From Oscillospiraceae bacterium (GTDB lineage Bacteria > Bacillota > Clostridia > Oscillospirales > Acutalibacteraceae), in the NCBI GenBank assembly GCA_015066175.1, contig SVOW01000013.1:38562-102561 (forward strand): a stretch of DNA of 64,000 bases, in the 5' to 3' direction. This document shows, one piece after another, positions 1 through 8,901 of the stretch. Each line of letters opens with the position of its first letter. Position 1 is the stretch's first letter. The position numbers and the translations under genes are program-made. Under the pieces are notes generated by a model. That model was not told the origin of the DNA. It did no database searches and was given only the letters and a program-made list of their open reading frames with translations.

Positions 1-1752
1 ACTGTGTGTAAGAAGTGTTCCTTTAGGTTTACCTGTAGAGCCTGATGTATAAATACAATAGCAATTATCTGCACCATCAACAAATACATTGGTATTATCA
101 GTGTTTGTATTACTAAGCAATTCACAAATATTTTCTTTTGTTACGCAGAACTTTGCACCGCTGTCCTCAAGCATATATTCTATTCTTTCCCGCGGATAAT
201 CAGGGTCAATAGGCATATATGCCGCACCGGATTTCAGAATTCCCAACATTGTTGTAATAAGATAACTTCTTCTCGGTAGCATAAATGCTACAATGTCACC
301 TCTGCCAATACCTTTTTCAATAAGTGAATGTGCTATTCTGTTTGCTTCTTCGTTAAGCTCTTTGTATGTAAGAGTTTTATCACAAGCAACAACTGCTACT
401 TTGTCAGGATTCTTTTCAACCTGTTCTTCAAACAATTGATGGACACACTTATCCCTTGGATAATCTACTTCTGTGTCGTTGAAATCAAAAAGAAGTCTGT
501 TCTTTTCTTCCTGTGAAAGAATACTTAATTCGTAAAGTTTCTTGCTGTCATCTTCAATAGCACTGAAAAGAATATTGCAGATGTGCTCATGAATTTTCTC
601 AATTTCATGTTCTGTAAACTTTTCAATGAGATAATCGTAATGAACACGGAATATACCTTCACTGTCACGGTCATCAATATGAATCTGCAAACTTTCAGTC
701 TGCATTCCGCTGTGATACCATGTTGTTTCAACCTCATCACCAAGAACTTTTGCATTCTGATAACTGAGCATAATATCATAAAGTTTTTCGGTAAAATTGT
801 GATTCTTTCTTAATTCTTCAAGTAAATCACCATAATTATACTTCTGGTGGCGAAGAACAGATAGTGCAGAAAGCTCAACCGCATTTAAGTTTTCAGTAAA
901 AGATTCTTCGTTGTTAAGTTCAATAAGAATAGGGGCAGTGTTAATAAACATACCCATTGTATTCTGCTCTTTCACACCGTTACGGTTAAGAACAGCTGTA
1001 CCGATATAGAAATTGTCGGCATTCATCTTAACTCTGTTCATATATGTAGAAACAGCAGACATAAACAGTGAAAATGCAGATACTTCTTTTTTCTTTGTGT
1101 ATGCAAGAATTTTTGAAGTATCTTCCTTATCAATAACAAATGTTGCTCTTTTTGCTTCAAAAGTATGAGCCTGCTTCTCGGAGATATAGGTTACTTCATC
1201 ACACTTTTTAAACTGTGAGATAAAATATTCCTTATCTTTCACATATCTTTTGCTATCAATGTACTTTTCTTCAGCAGTAACATAGTCAGCATAAGAATAT
1301 ACCTGTACTTCTTCACTGTTCAGAATTTTATTAAACTGTGTACCGATAAGGGATAAAGTCCACGCATCAGAGATAAAGTGATGCAGTTTTGCAAGTACAC
1401 CTTTTTTGTCAGGCAGTACAACAATTTTGACATCACAAAGTGAGCCGTAAAAATCAAGTGGCTCTTTTGCGTATTCAGAAGCAAAATCGTCAAGCTCTTC
1501 CTTGCTGTTGAAAGTCAGAACTTCTATATCTTGCTCCTTATATTTCGTTATGAACTGATATGGCTGTCCGTTTTCTTCTGATATTCTGATTCTCAAAGCA
1601 TCATTAAGGCGGTAAAGCTCGTTGACAGTTTTCTTCATTTCATCAACAGACTTATCAGTATTGATAAGCATACTGCCACAGACGATGGCAATAGCACCGC
1701 CTGTGAATTTCTCCATATCGTAGATTAATTTTTGAGGTTTACTTAGGTTCAT
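1..1752 (-). CDS. Non-ribosomal peptide synthetase, N-terminal part (condensation domain then start of adenylation domain); continues past the left window edge
   Basis: Absent from the ORF track because there is no stop codon in the window. The minus strand from ATG 1752 (AGGTG RBS upstream) reads MNLSKPQKLIYDMEKF... Motifs: HHFISDAWT (HHxxxD condensation motif), LTYKELNEEANRIA (A1-like) and, at positions 1-69, DNCYCIYTSGSTGKPKGTLLTHS (AMP-binding core). The ATG and the last codon share one frame. Confidence 0.85.
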   Translation of the reverse strand, partial: MNLSKPQKLIYDMEKFTGGAIAIVCGSMLINTDKSVDEMKKTVNELYRLNDALRIRISEENGQPYQFITKYKEQDIEVLTFNSKEELDDFASEYAKEPLDFYGSLCDVKIVVLPDKKGVLAKLHHFISDAWTLSLIGTQFNKILNSEEVQVYSYADYVTAEEKYIDSKRYVKDKEYFISQFKKCDEVTYISEKQAHTFEAKRATFVIDKEDTSKILAYTKKKEVSAFSLFMSAVSTYMNRVKMNADNFYIGTAVLNRNGVKEQNTMGMFINTAPILIELNNEESFTENLNAVELSALSVLRHQKYNYGDLLEELRKNHNFTEKLYDIMLSYQNAKVLGDEVETTWYHSGMQTESLQIHIDDRDSEGIFRVHYDYLIEKFTEHEIEKIHEHICNILFSAIEDDSKKLYELSILSQEEKNRLLFDFNDTEVDYPRDKCVHQLFEEQVEKNPDKVAVVACDKTLTYKELNEEANRIAHSLIEKGIGRGDIVAFMLPRRSYLITTMLGILKSGAAYMPIDPDYPRERIEYMLEDSGAKFCVTKENICELLSNTNTDNTNVFVDGADNCYCIYTSGSTGKPKGTLLTHS

Positions 1753-1771
1753 ATGTACACCTACTTTTATC

Positions 1772-2041
1772 ACATAATGCCGATTATGTTGTAATTCTAA
1801 TTTTTACTTTACTACTAAAATACATAAATATTAAAAATTATATCATTATATGTCATAAATATCAATATTTCCACTTAAAAAGTATGATAATAAATTGTTA
1901 GTTTAATAATTGCAAACAACGAAGTTAAGACCTTCTTGAAGCTTTTTCTGAAGAGCTTAGTTTTTTGTATGCTTTTTTTATACAAACAAATCGTAAGAAT
2001 AACCGCTTTTTCTTTGCAATACAACATAATCGGCATTATGT
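1772..2041. promoter_or_regulatory. Inverted-repeat-bounded segment, candidate invertible promoter (inverton) between the NRPS start and the recombinase stop
   Basis: Perfect 22-bp inverted repeat: ACATAATGCCGATTATGTTGTA (1772-1793) and TACAACATAATCGGCATTATGT (2020-2041). It encloses 226 bp of AT-rich DNA. The left arm ends 20 nt from the NRPS ATG. The right arm ends 3 nt from the recombinase stop codon. Confidence 0.45.
1837..1865 (-). promoter_or_regulatory. Sigma-70-like promoter inside the IR-bounded segment, pointing at the NRPS gene
   Basis: Minus strand reads TTGATA, a 17-nt spacer, then TATAAT (plus-strand tatcaa 1860-1865 and attata 1837-1842). Confidence 0.4.
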
Positions 2042-2043
2042 AA

Positions 2044-2879
2044 TCAAACAATCAAACGCATACTTTCCATACGCTGACGATGTTCATTACCAGTTGTTAT
2101 AATGTATATTCGTGTGGTGTTTATACTGCTGTGGCCAAGAATGTCTGCAAGTTTAGCGATATCTTTTTCAATACCGTAAAATGTTCTTGCAAATAAATGA
2201 CAGAGATTATGAGGAAAAACCTTATCAGGATTTACATTAGCCTGCTCACAAAGATTTTTCATTTCTCTCCAGATATTGGTACGGCTCATTGATTTACCGT
2301 TACGAGTTATAAAAATACAACCTGATTTTATTCCTTGCTCTGCTATATAGCGGAGCAATTTTTGTTTTAATTCCTTAACTATAAACACTGATCGACTTTT
2401 CCCTTTGCACGAAACCTTTGCTTCACCGTTTTTCACCGCTTCAACCGTTATATACTGCAATTCACTAACACGAATTCCTGTAGCACATATAGTTTGCAAG
2501 ATTAGATTAAGACGATTGTTGCCTTTTCTCTTCGCAGTATTAACCAACCGCATATACTCTGATTTCGTCAATTCTTTGTTTTCCGGACAATAAATCTGTC
2601 TTTGAACTTTAATTGATTTCACCTTACAATCAACCCAACCAAGAAATGAAAAAAAGACTTTTAAGAGATGCAATCATTGAATTGATGCTCCGTGCAGCAT
2701 AATTTTCATCAACAAGTTTGCTTTTATATGATATGACAGCTTCTTTTGTTATCACTGAATTAGATAAATGCTCGCACATCACGAAGATATTTTTCTATTG
2801 TAACACCACTCTTCTCCTCATTATGAAGATGGTCACGAAAATCTTCAATGGTTTTTTCTGTAATAGTTCTTTTCTTCAT
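2044..2879 (-). pseudogene. Tyrosine recombinase (XerC/D-like phage integrase family), disrupted
   Basis: The N-terminal fragment MKKRTITEKTIEDFRDHLHNEEKSGVTIEKYLRDVRAFI ends at an in-frame TAA (2760-2762). The SAM-like domain continues in another frame (KEAVISYKSKLVDENYAARSINSMIASLKSL). The frame shifts again in a T-run near 2650 into ORF 2044..2673. The catalytic domain keeps R (ATGIRVSEL), K and GHSSINTTRIY, but the HxxR box reads HNLCH, so the Arg is replaced by Cys. Confidence 0.75.
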
Positions 2880-2947
2880 TATATCTACCTCCAAATACTT
2901 TTCTTATATTTTACTCTAAAACACATAATTAATTTTTTATACCAAGT

Positions 2948-2963
2948 CAATCTTACATACTTT
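2948..2963 (+). repeat. Copy 1 of the 15-bp motif AATCTTACATACTTT
   Basis: Exact 15-mer shared with 5028-5042 and 5128-5142. Confidence 0.8.
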
Positions 2964-3197
2964 ATATGAAAAAAGAGACGTATGGAGCAGAAGTTAATCT
3001 TTTGATTAGCTCAACCTGTTTCAAGCGTCTCTTTTTGCGTTTCTGACGACTTGAAAATGATTGGAGGCTGATATTCACAGCGAAACTTAACGGCAATTCA
3101 AAACAACGTCTTAGTATTCAAATTTAACTTAATAGCCGTAAATAAACTGCAAGGAGGAATATTTATGAGAGAAACGCCCCCTCCGTAGGAGGAAATG

Positions 3198-3319
3198 TTA
3201 ATCGATGCCCCTGAATCGATTAACCCTGAGAAACAGCCTGTACAAATCGTACAGGTTGTTTCTCTTATGCCTCTCCGGCACAGAGGAGCGAAATGAGGTT
3301 ATGAGCTGTGCATAACCTC
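3198..3319 (+). other. Cluster of three hairpins upstream of the relaxase gene; candidate oriT
   Basis: Hairpin 1: TTAATCGAT/ATCGATTAA (3198-3223). Hairpin 2: GAGAAACAGCCTGTAC/GTACAGGTTGTTTCTC, 16 bp with one mismatch (3228-3264). Hairpin 3: GAGGTTATG/CATAACCTC (3295-3319). MobV-type oriTs typically sit just upstream of mob and contain inverted repeats. Confidence 0.35.
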
Positions 3320-3539
3320 CATTGAGTTGTTGGCTTTGGTAAACAAACACAATTTTCGTAATACGGTTTTGTAGCGAGGATTATCTGTTATCGACCTTGT
3401 GGGAGATAACATTTCTTAATGAAGAAACTTTTTTCTGAATAAGAAATCAATCCTCGTCAAAGAGTATGAAGAAACATTGAGGATGGTACCAAAGACAACA
3501 GTGCCACAAAAATATTCCAGTAAAGGAGAGTGATGCATT

Positions 3540-4493
3540 TTGGCACCACCAATGACAACCGCAACACATTTAGGAACAAAAGTAGCAATCGGACATAATG
3601 TGAGAGATCCGAAATGGATTGCAAAAGAAAAACATATCGATCCCAACGGAGTTTATGAAATCTGGTGTTACGAAGACATCAAAAAGAAATACGAGGAAAT
3701 CTTCAGCAAAGCAGTAAAAGAATACAATGAAAAGCAAAAAGACGATCACAGAAAAATAACCAACTATTATCAGAAAATCAAAAAATCAAAGCAGCAACAT
3801 GTGTGTTATGAAATGATCATTACAATCGGCAATAAGAAAAATAAGCCCTCTGATGAAATCGGCAAAGAAATCATGAGAGAGTTTATTGACGATTGGCAAA
3901 GAAGAAACCCAAATCTTGTTTTGGTATGCCTGGCATATCATGCTGACGAGGAAGGTGCACCCCACTTACATGTAGATTTTATTCCGATTGCCTACCAGAA
4001 TTCAAGAGGGATGAGTGTTCAGACTTCTTTAAGCAAGGCACTTAAAGAAATGGGTTTTAAAAACAAAAACGGTAAGTATCACGAAACAGAATCAATACAA
4101 TGGATAAATCGTGAAAGAGATTTTCTTGATAACCTTTGCAAACAAAGAGGTCTTGATATTCACCATCCTAACGCAGGTAAGGGATCAAAACACCTTGAAA
4201 AGGAAGCATATATCCTTACTCAAAAACTCAAAGAACTCAATACAAAAATAGAAAAAGCAGCCAGTGCAAGTAAATATGTTGCTGAGGCTAAAGAGTTTTT
4301 TGATGCATTTAACCAATTGTGCATTGATAAGGAATCTGACCCTGATTTTGAGAAATTCAAAAAACTCTTACAGGAAAAAGCAGAATATGAAAAAGAACTT
4401 GCACAAATTGTTTTTGCAAAAAACGTAAAACAACCTACATCTGATATAGATAAAAAACAAGATCCTTTATCAATTGATTATTATATGCATTGA
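3540..4493 (+). CDS. MobV-family (Pre/Mob) plasmid-recombination relaxase
   Basis: GHNVRD matches the HxxR motif. YHADEEGAPHLHVDFIPI matches HxDExxPHxH. The C-terminal half looks like a coiled coil. The start is TTG 3540 (AAAGGAG about 9 nt upstream) or ATG 3552. Confidence 0.8.
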   Translation: MAPPMTTATHLGTKVAIGHNVRDPKWIAKEKHIDPNGVYEIWCYEDIKKKYEEIFSKAVKEYNEKQKDDHRKITNYYQKIKKSKQQHVCYEMIITIGNKKNKPSDEIGKEIMREFIDDWQRRNPNLVLVCLAYHADEEGAPHLHVDFIPIAYQNSRGMSVQTSLSKALKEMGFKNKNGKYHETESIQWINRERDFLDNLCKQRGLDIHHPNAGKGSKHLEKEAYILTQKLKELNTKIEKAASASKYVAEAKEFFDAFNQLCIDKESDPDFEKFKKLLQEKAEYEKELAQIVFAKNVKQPTSDIDKKQDPLSIDYYMH

Positions 4494-5019
4494 TATCTTC
4501 CTGTTCAGAAAACTGTTTATCATTTAAAATCTGACATACTCTTTGCATTGATATTCTTTGCAATCTGTAAACACATTCGCAAGTACAAAATAAGAAAGTT
4601 ATTTTAGTACAGACAAAACATAACAATCCAGATAACACTAAACAAACATTTCATCACAAACTCTATATATCGTCAATTATTGTTAATGGATAATAACAAT
4701 GATTGATGATTATAAGTAAACAATTATAATTAATATCTTTACTGTCTTGTTTGATTTGCTTGTTTTGTCTGTTAAGAATTGTTCCTTGTCACGAATGTGT
4801 TGTTTGTCTCTTCATGGCTGATACCGCTTCTTTGATGTGTAATTGAGATAGATTGTTACTTTATTTGTAAAGCTTGTCTCGACTTTATGTGTAGAGTTTG
4901 TTTTGTTTGTTATATTTATTTGTTTTGATTGTCTTGTTTATCTGTCAAATGTTTAATGAGCCTATATATAATAGGCTCTAATTTGACAAAAAAACTGACA
5001 CAAATCAAAAACACAAATT

Positions 5020-5150
5020 TTCAAAGTAATCTTACATACTTTCTTTGAATGTTAAAACTCAATGCAATTAAATCTTTGCAAAAAGAATTTGAAACTATCA
5101 AAAATGCAAAAAACACTTTTTCAAACCAATCTTACATACTTTCCTTGAAA
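5020..5150 (+). repeat. Two direct copies, exactly 100 bp apart, of a ~30-bp unit containing AATCTTACATACTTT
   Basis: TTTCAAAGTAATCTTACATACTTTCTTTGAA (core 5028-5042) and TTTCAAACCAATCTTACATACTTTCCTTGAA (core 5128-5142). In each unit the core sits between TTCAAA and TTGAA inverted half-sites. Confidence 0.8.
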
Positions 5151-5220
5151 GGCAAAAAGAAGTGCAAATAAATTGCTTTGTTTTAACTTTCGCAAAATAA
5201 AATAAGAAAGGATGATTAAA

Positions 5221-5649
5221 ATGTTTAATTCATCAAACATTGCTGAAAGCATTACGACATCAGAACTCAGCACATTTTTAGAACAACCAATTACCGCAGA
5301 GAAGAATTTCACTTTACTCAGAAACGGGTATTATCCATTTAAAGTTCTTATCTGCAAACCCAGTCTTCTTCCCGGTTATGAAGACGACACCCCACGCCCC
5401 GTTGTCAGTGTCAGATTTGAAATTCTGAACGATAGCGGCAATGTGGTTATCAACCACACATTTTTTATCAACTCCTCATCTGCCCAAATGATTCATGAAT
5501 TTTTTGCATCAATTGGGCTTGCAGAAGAAGGAGAATATGTCCCTCGCTGGGATGAAGTTGTAGGATGCACAGGTGGATGTTATCTGGGCAAAAGAAAATT
5601 AGACTACAAAACAATCAATGTCATTGAACGTTTTGTGCCAAGAGATTAA
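5221..5649 (+). CDS. Hypothetical protein of the mobile element
   Basis: ORF 5212..5649. ATG 5221 has better spacing from the AGAAAGG RBS. I recognise no motif. Confidence 0.6.
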   Translation: MFNSSNIAESITTSELSTFLEQPITAEKNFTLLRNGYYPFKVLICKPSLLPGYEDDTPRPVVSVRFEILNDSGNVVINHTFFINSSSAQMIHEFFASIGLAEEGEYVPRWDEVVGCTGGCYLGKRKLDYKTINVIERFVPRD

Positions 5650-5668
5650 AAGAAAGGAACTCAAAATT

Positions 5669-7030
5669 ATGAAAAACGAAACTTATATTATCAAATTGTT
5701 ATCAACTATCAAACCTTCTTTGCTTACTGAAAATGAATTATATTGTGTTTGCAAGTCCCTGAAATCCGGAGGATGTCCATTCAGCTTCTGGAAAGCCTTC
5801 TGTAATCAAGATACCACAAAACACTGTTCCGAAATCTGTGAGGAAATTTGGAATTCATTTGATAACACTCTTAATCGTTTTGCTTTTGTTGAAATCAGAA
5901 ATCTTGCTAAAAAGTTCGGTTGGAAAGATGAAGATCATCTTTCCAATAGGTATCTTGATGTTGATGGAGATATAGCAATTCCATATATTGATTATTTACC
6001 AGATGCAGCAAAAAACTTTCCAATTAGTTTTTCCACTATAAGTGACAAAGAAAACTATCGCTTTGTTTCTATAACAGAAGTTCCGGAAAAATATAGCAAA
6101 ACCGAATTTATTATTCAAGGTCTTTTACAAAAAAGAAGCAATATGCTAATCACCGCAATCCCTAAAGCAGGTAAAACAATTTTTTCACAACAAATGACTG
6201 TATGTATCGCAGCAGGAATCTCCTTCCTCGGGTATGAGTGTAAAAAAGGAAAAGTATTATACCTTGACGCTGAAAACAATATGTATGACTCATATGAACG
6301 CATAAAGCAAATAGCAGGTCAATTAAATCTTGACACTGATAGTTATGGAGAAAATATCGTTTTCTACGATAAAAGCCTCGTACCATATAATGTAGACATT
6401 TTAGATGATTTAATTCAAAATGTGAAACCGGGTCAGTTTGATGTTATTATACTGGATCCTATTTACTTTTTATTTAGCGGCGACGAAAACAACAACAAAG
6501 AAATTAATGCCTTTATAAAAAAGGTTGATAATTTAGGTAAAGCGGCAGAAGCTTCTGTAGTTTTGATACATCACGAAACAAAAGCTTGCAAATTTACAAA
6601 AAATGTAGTTGATCGTGCATCAGGTTCAAACATTATTGCAAGATTCCCCTCTACTATCGTAAGTATAACACCAATAAAGGCTAAAAAGGATACTGTCGGA
6701 CTTAGAGAAAAATTAGAAATCGTTCTTCGTTTCGATAAAAGTCCGAAACCGATAAATATTGTTCTCAACGACGGAATTCATCGTAAAGAAAACGATATTG
6801 AGGCAACGGAAGGAACTGCAAAACTTTCAAGCAAAGCCTCAATTGATAACAAAAACCAAAAGTTTATAAATGCATATAACACATTAAAAGAATCTTGTGA
6901 AACCGTGAAAGCCACAGATTTGGCAGAATATCTTAATGTTGCACGTACAAGCATTTATAACTACATAAAAAACACACCCGGATTCACCATAGAAAAAGGT
7001 ATCATTATAAAATCAGAATGTAATGATTAA
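5669..7030 (+). CDS. Replication/primase-associated RecA-like ATPase (RepA / AAA_25-like) with a C-terminal HTH
   Basis: Walker A is AIPKAGKT and Walker B is VIILDPIY. The N-terminal Cys/Trp-rich region resembles a primase C-terminal domain. The C-terminal ATDLAEYLNVARTSIYNYIKN is HTH-like. ATG 5669 has the RBS AAAGGAAC and follows the upstream stop. Confidence 0.65.
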   Translation: MKNETYIIKLLSTIKPSLLTENELYCVCKSLKSGGCPFSFWKAFCNQDTTKHCSEICEEIWNSFDNTLNRFAFVEIRNLAKKFGWKDEDHLSNRYLDVDGDIAIPYIDYLPDAAKNFPISFSTISDKENYRFVSITEVPEKYSKTEFIIQGLLQKRSNMLITAIPKAGKTIFSQQMTVCIAAGISFLGYECKKGKVLYLDAENNMYDSYERIKQIAGQLNLDTDSYGENIVFYDKSLVPYNVDILDDLIQNVKPGQFDVIILDPIYFLFSGDENNNKEINAFIKKVDNLGKAAEASVVLIHHETKACKFTKNVVDRASGSNIIARFPSTIVSITPIKAKKDTVGLREKLEIVLRFDKSPKPINIVLNDGIHRKENDIEATEGTAKLSSKASIDNKNQKFINAYNTLKESCETVKATDLAEYLNVARTSIYNYIKNTPGFTIEKGIIIKSECND

Positions 7031-7110
7031 TAAGTTAATTAAAAATATTATTAAAAATAAACTTTGAAACCGGTTGTTATAAAAATCTATAGAAAGGAAA
7101 AGACGATATT

Positions 7111-7287
7111 ATGAATAACGAAAAAGTTTATATGACTATCGCCGAAGCCTCAAAAGCAAGTGGCATTAGTCAACACACAATCAGATGTCTTGTAAAATCA
7201 GGGCAGATTGCTCATGTAATGACAGGCATCAAATATCTTATTAATTATCCGAAAATGATGTCATTTTTCGAATCTCTTGAAAATTAA
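7111..7287 (+). CDS. Excisionase-type HTH DNA-binding protein (58 aa)
   Basis: Below the ORF-track size cutoff. Reads MNNEKVYMTIAEASKASGISQHTIRCLVKSGQIAHVMTGIKYLINYPKMMSFFESLEN. The RBS is GAAAGGAAAAG. It lies immediately upstream of the integrase gene. Confidence 0.7.
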   Translation: MNNEKVYMTIAEASKASGISQHTIRCLVKSGQIAHVMTGIKYLINYPKMMSFFESLEN

Positions 7288-7307
7288 TATCAGAAAGGAT
7301 AATGAAA

Positions 7308-8540
7308 ATGGCCAGTGCACGCATAAAAAGAAATAAAAATAATGAAATAACTGGATATGAAATAAGAGTATCACGAGGGTACGATGCAAGCGGAAAACAA
7401 ATAACTCCTTATTCTACAATATGGAAACTTCCTGAAGGCTGGAATAATTGGAGCAAGAAAAAACAGGACAAAGAGTTGGAAATAGCTAAAGCAAAATTTG
7501 AATTAGCCTGTCAGAAAGGTGAAGTCAAAACAAGAGCCGAGAAAAAAGCAGAAGAAGCAGAAAAAGAAAAACTTACAATTCAACAACAACTCGAGAAAGA
7601 TTCCGAACCCACTTTTGACGAAGCCTTTGAACTATATATAAACAAAACAAAATCTCAAAAGAAAATCAACACAATTGTTGGAATTAAAACCACAATTAAA
7701 AGAGCCTTGGTACATTTTAAAAATCAAAAACTTAAAGATATCACGGAAAACGATTGTCAGGAATACATTGACTTTCTTCTGGATGAGTGTGAGCTTGCAA
7801 TTCTAACCGTAATCAAGCACTACAAAACTTTGTCTGCCTTTTTCAATTGGTGTGTAAAAGATAAATTACTTGAATACAACCCTCTGCGCGGAGTAGTAAA
7901 ACCTGTAGATAATTCAGGAAATATAAAGATTAAAACTTTTACAATAGAAGAAATCAAAAAAATCGTAGAATACATAGAAAACGAAGAGCTAATATGGCAG
8001 GTAGCCACCTACCTGCTTATTGACTCAGGAATACGTCGCGGCGAATTAATCGGCATGAGATGGTGTGACATAAATTTAGAAACAGGTCGCATTGATATTA
8101 TAAACAACACTCAATATGCTGAAGGATATGGTATATATGATACAAACACTAAATCAGGAAAAAGCCGAGTTGTCTTCATAAACGATATTGTCATAGAAAA
8201 GCTTAAACAGTGGAAGGCTTTTCAAAAAGAAATAATTGAAGGACAAGGGCTGCCCTCCCCTGTTTATATTTTCACTCATCTTGATGGTAAAAGATTAAGT
8301 CCTCAGGCTCCTACTGTGTTTTTCAAAGATTTCGGAGAAAAATATGGGGTTGAAGATTGTCACCCTCACAAATTCCGCCATACTATGGCAACACTTATGA
8401 TTCAGAACGGTGCAGATATAAAAACAGTGTCCGAAAAACTCGGACACTCCAATATAGAAATCACTCTCAAACTTTATGTGCATACAAACGAAGAAGCACA
8501 AAAGGCTGCAAACAATAAATTTGCAGACCTTATATGGTAA
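7308..8540 (+). CDS. int: Tyrosine integrase (phage-integrase family, ICE/IME type), apparently intact
   Basis: Catalytic set present: GIRRGEL (R), KSGKSRVV (K), HKFRHTMA (HxxR) and LGHSNIEITLKLYVH (H and Y). The N-terminus is an arm-binding-like RIKRNKNNEITGYEIRVSRGYD. An alternative start is ATG 7302. Confidence 0.9.
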   Translation: MASARIKRNKNNEITGYEIRVSRGYDASGKQITPYSTIWKLPEGWNNWSKKKQDKELEIAKAKFELACQKGEVKTRAEKKAEEAEKEKLTIQQQLEKDSEPTFDEAFELYINKTKSQKKINTIVGIKTTIKRALVHFKNQKLKDITENDCQEYIDFLLDECELAILTVIKHYKTLSAFFNWCVKDKLLEYNPLRGVVKPVDNSGNIKIKTFTIEEIKKIVEYIENEELIWQVATYLLIDSGIRRGELIGMRWCDINLETGRIDIINNTQYAEGYGIYDTNTKSGKSRVVFINDIVIEKLKQWKAFQKEIIEGQGLPSPVYIFTHLDGKRLSPQAPTVFFKDFGEKYGVEDCHPHKFRHTMATLMIQNGADIKTVSEKLGHSNIEITLKLYVHTNEEAQKAANNKFADLIW

Positions 8541-8552
8541 AATTTTTCTGAG

Positions 8553-8652
8553 ATATTGGTTTTTTATTGGTTTTTTGTTTGCACTCAAAAAAGAAAACCC
8601 CGAGAACCGTAAGGTTTTCGGGGTAATTTGATGCAAAGAAATTATCTCTTTG
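8553..8652 (+). repeat. att-type direct repeat, copy 1 (duplicated rpsI 3' end plus terminator)
   Basis: Aligns with 12135-12233 with only a handful of mismatches. It contains the tandem ATTGGTTTTTT ATTGGTTTTTT, a terminator hairpin with compensatory stem changes, and ends in AAATTATCTCTTTG. The two flanks diverge immediately after that. Confidence 0.85.
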
Positions 8653-8901
8653 GTATCAATAATTTCAATAATATCGAGATATTATTGAAATTTGTGTATT
8701 GTGTTTTTTATCTGTGAAATTTCCCAATGTTTCATTTAATCGCTAAAACAAGCATTTGTATGAAGTTAAAAAACAAAATCTTTACATTTTCGTCATTATT
8801 TTGCGCATTTTTGAAATAATAGTTGCTTAATTTTAAAAATTACACCATAATTTCCTTAAATTAACAAACATCACATATTGAGAGAAATGAGGTATAATCA
8901 C

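Larger units (their letters stand above)
2948..8652 (+). mobile_element. Integrative mobilizable element (oriT, MobV relaxase, Rep ATPase, Xis, Int); right end at the rpsI-derived att repeat, left end not resolved
   Basis: Module order is relaxase, replication ATPase, excisionase, integrase. The integrase stop is 12 nt from the 100-bp repeat 8553-8652, which duplicates the rpsI 3' end and its terminator. The region is AT-rich. I could not find a third att copy, so the left boundary may lie elsewhere or outside the window. Confidence 0.6.

Noticed and set aside
2969-3037. Long-loop hairpin AAGAGACG...CGTCTCTT followed by TTTTGCG, considered as a terminator.
   Set aside because: The loop of about 45 nt is too large for a canonical intrinsic terminator, and the orientation relative to neighbouring genes is ambiguous.
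3533-3598. Short ORF MHFGTTNDNRNTFRNKSSNRT starting at the ATG just after the AAAGGAG RBS upstream of mob.
   Set aside because: It overlaps the relaxase frame, which carries the conserved motifs. It is more likely that the RBS serves the TTG 3540 or ATG 3552 start of mob.
1753-5211. Search for the left att copy of the integrative element. Candidates included CTCTTTG at about 4546-4552 and GTCTCTTTTTG at about 3026-3036.
   Set aside because: Only 7-8-nt matches to the AAATTATCTCTTTG core were found, which is indistinguishable from chance. The left boundary is left unresolved and may lie outside the window.
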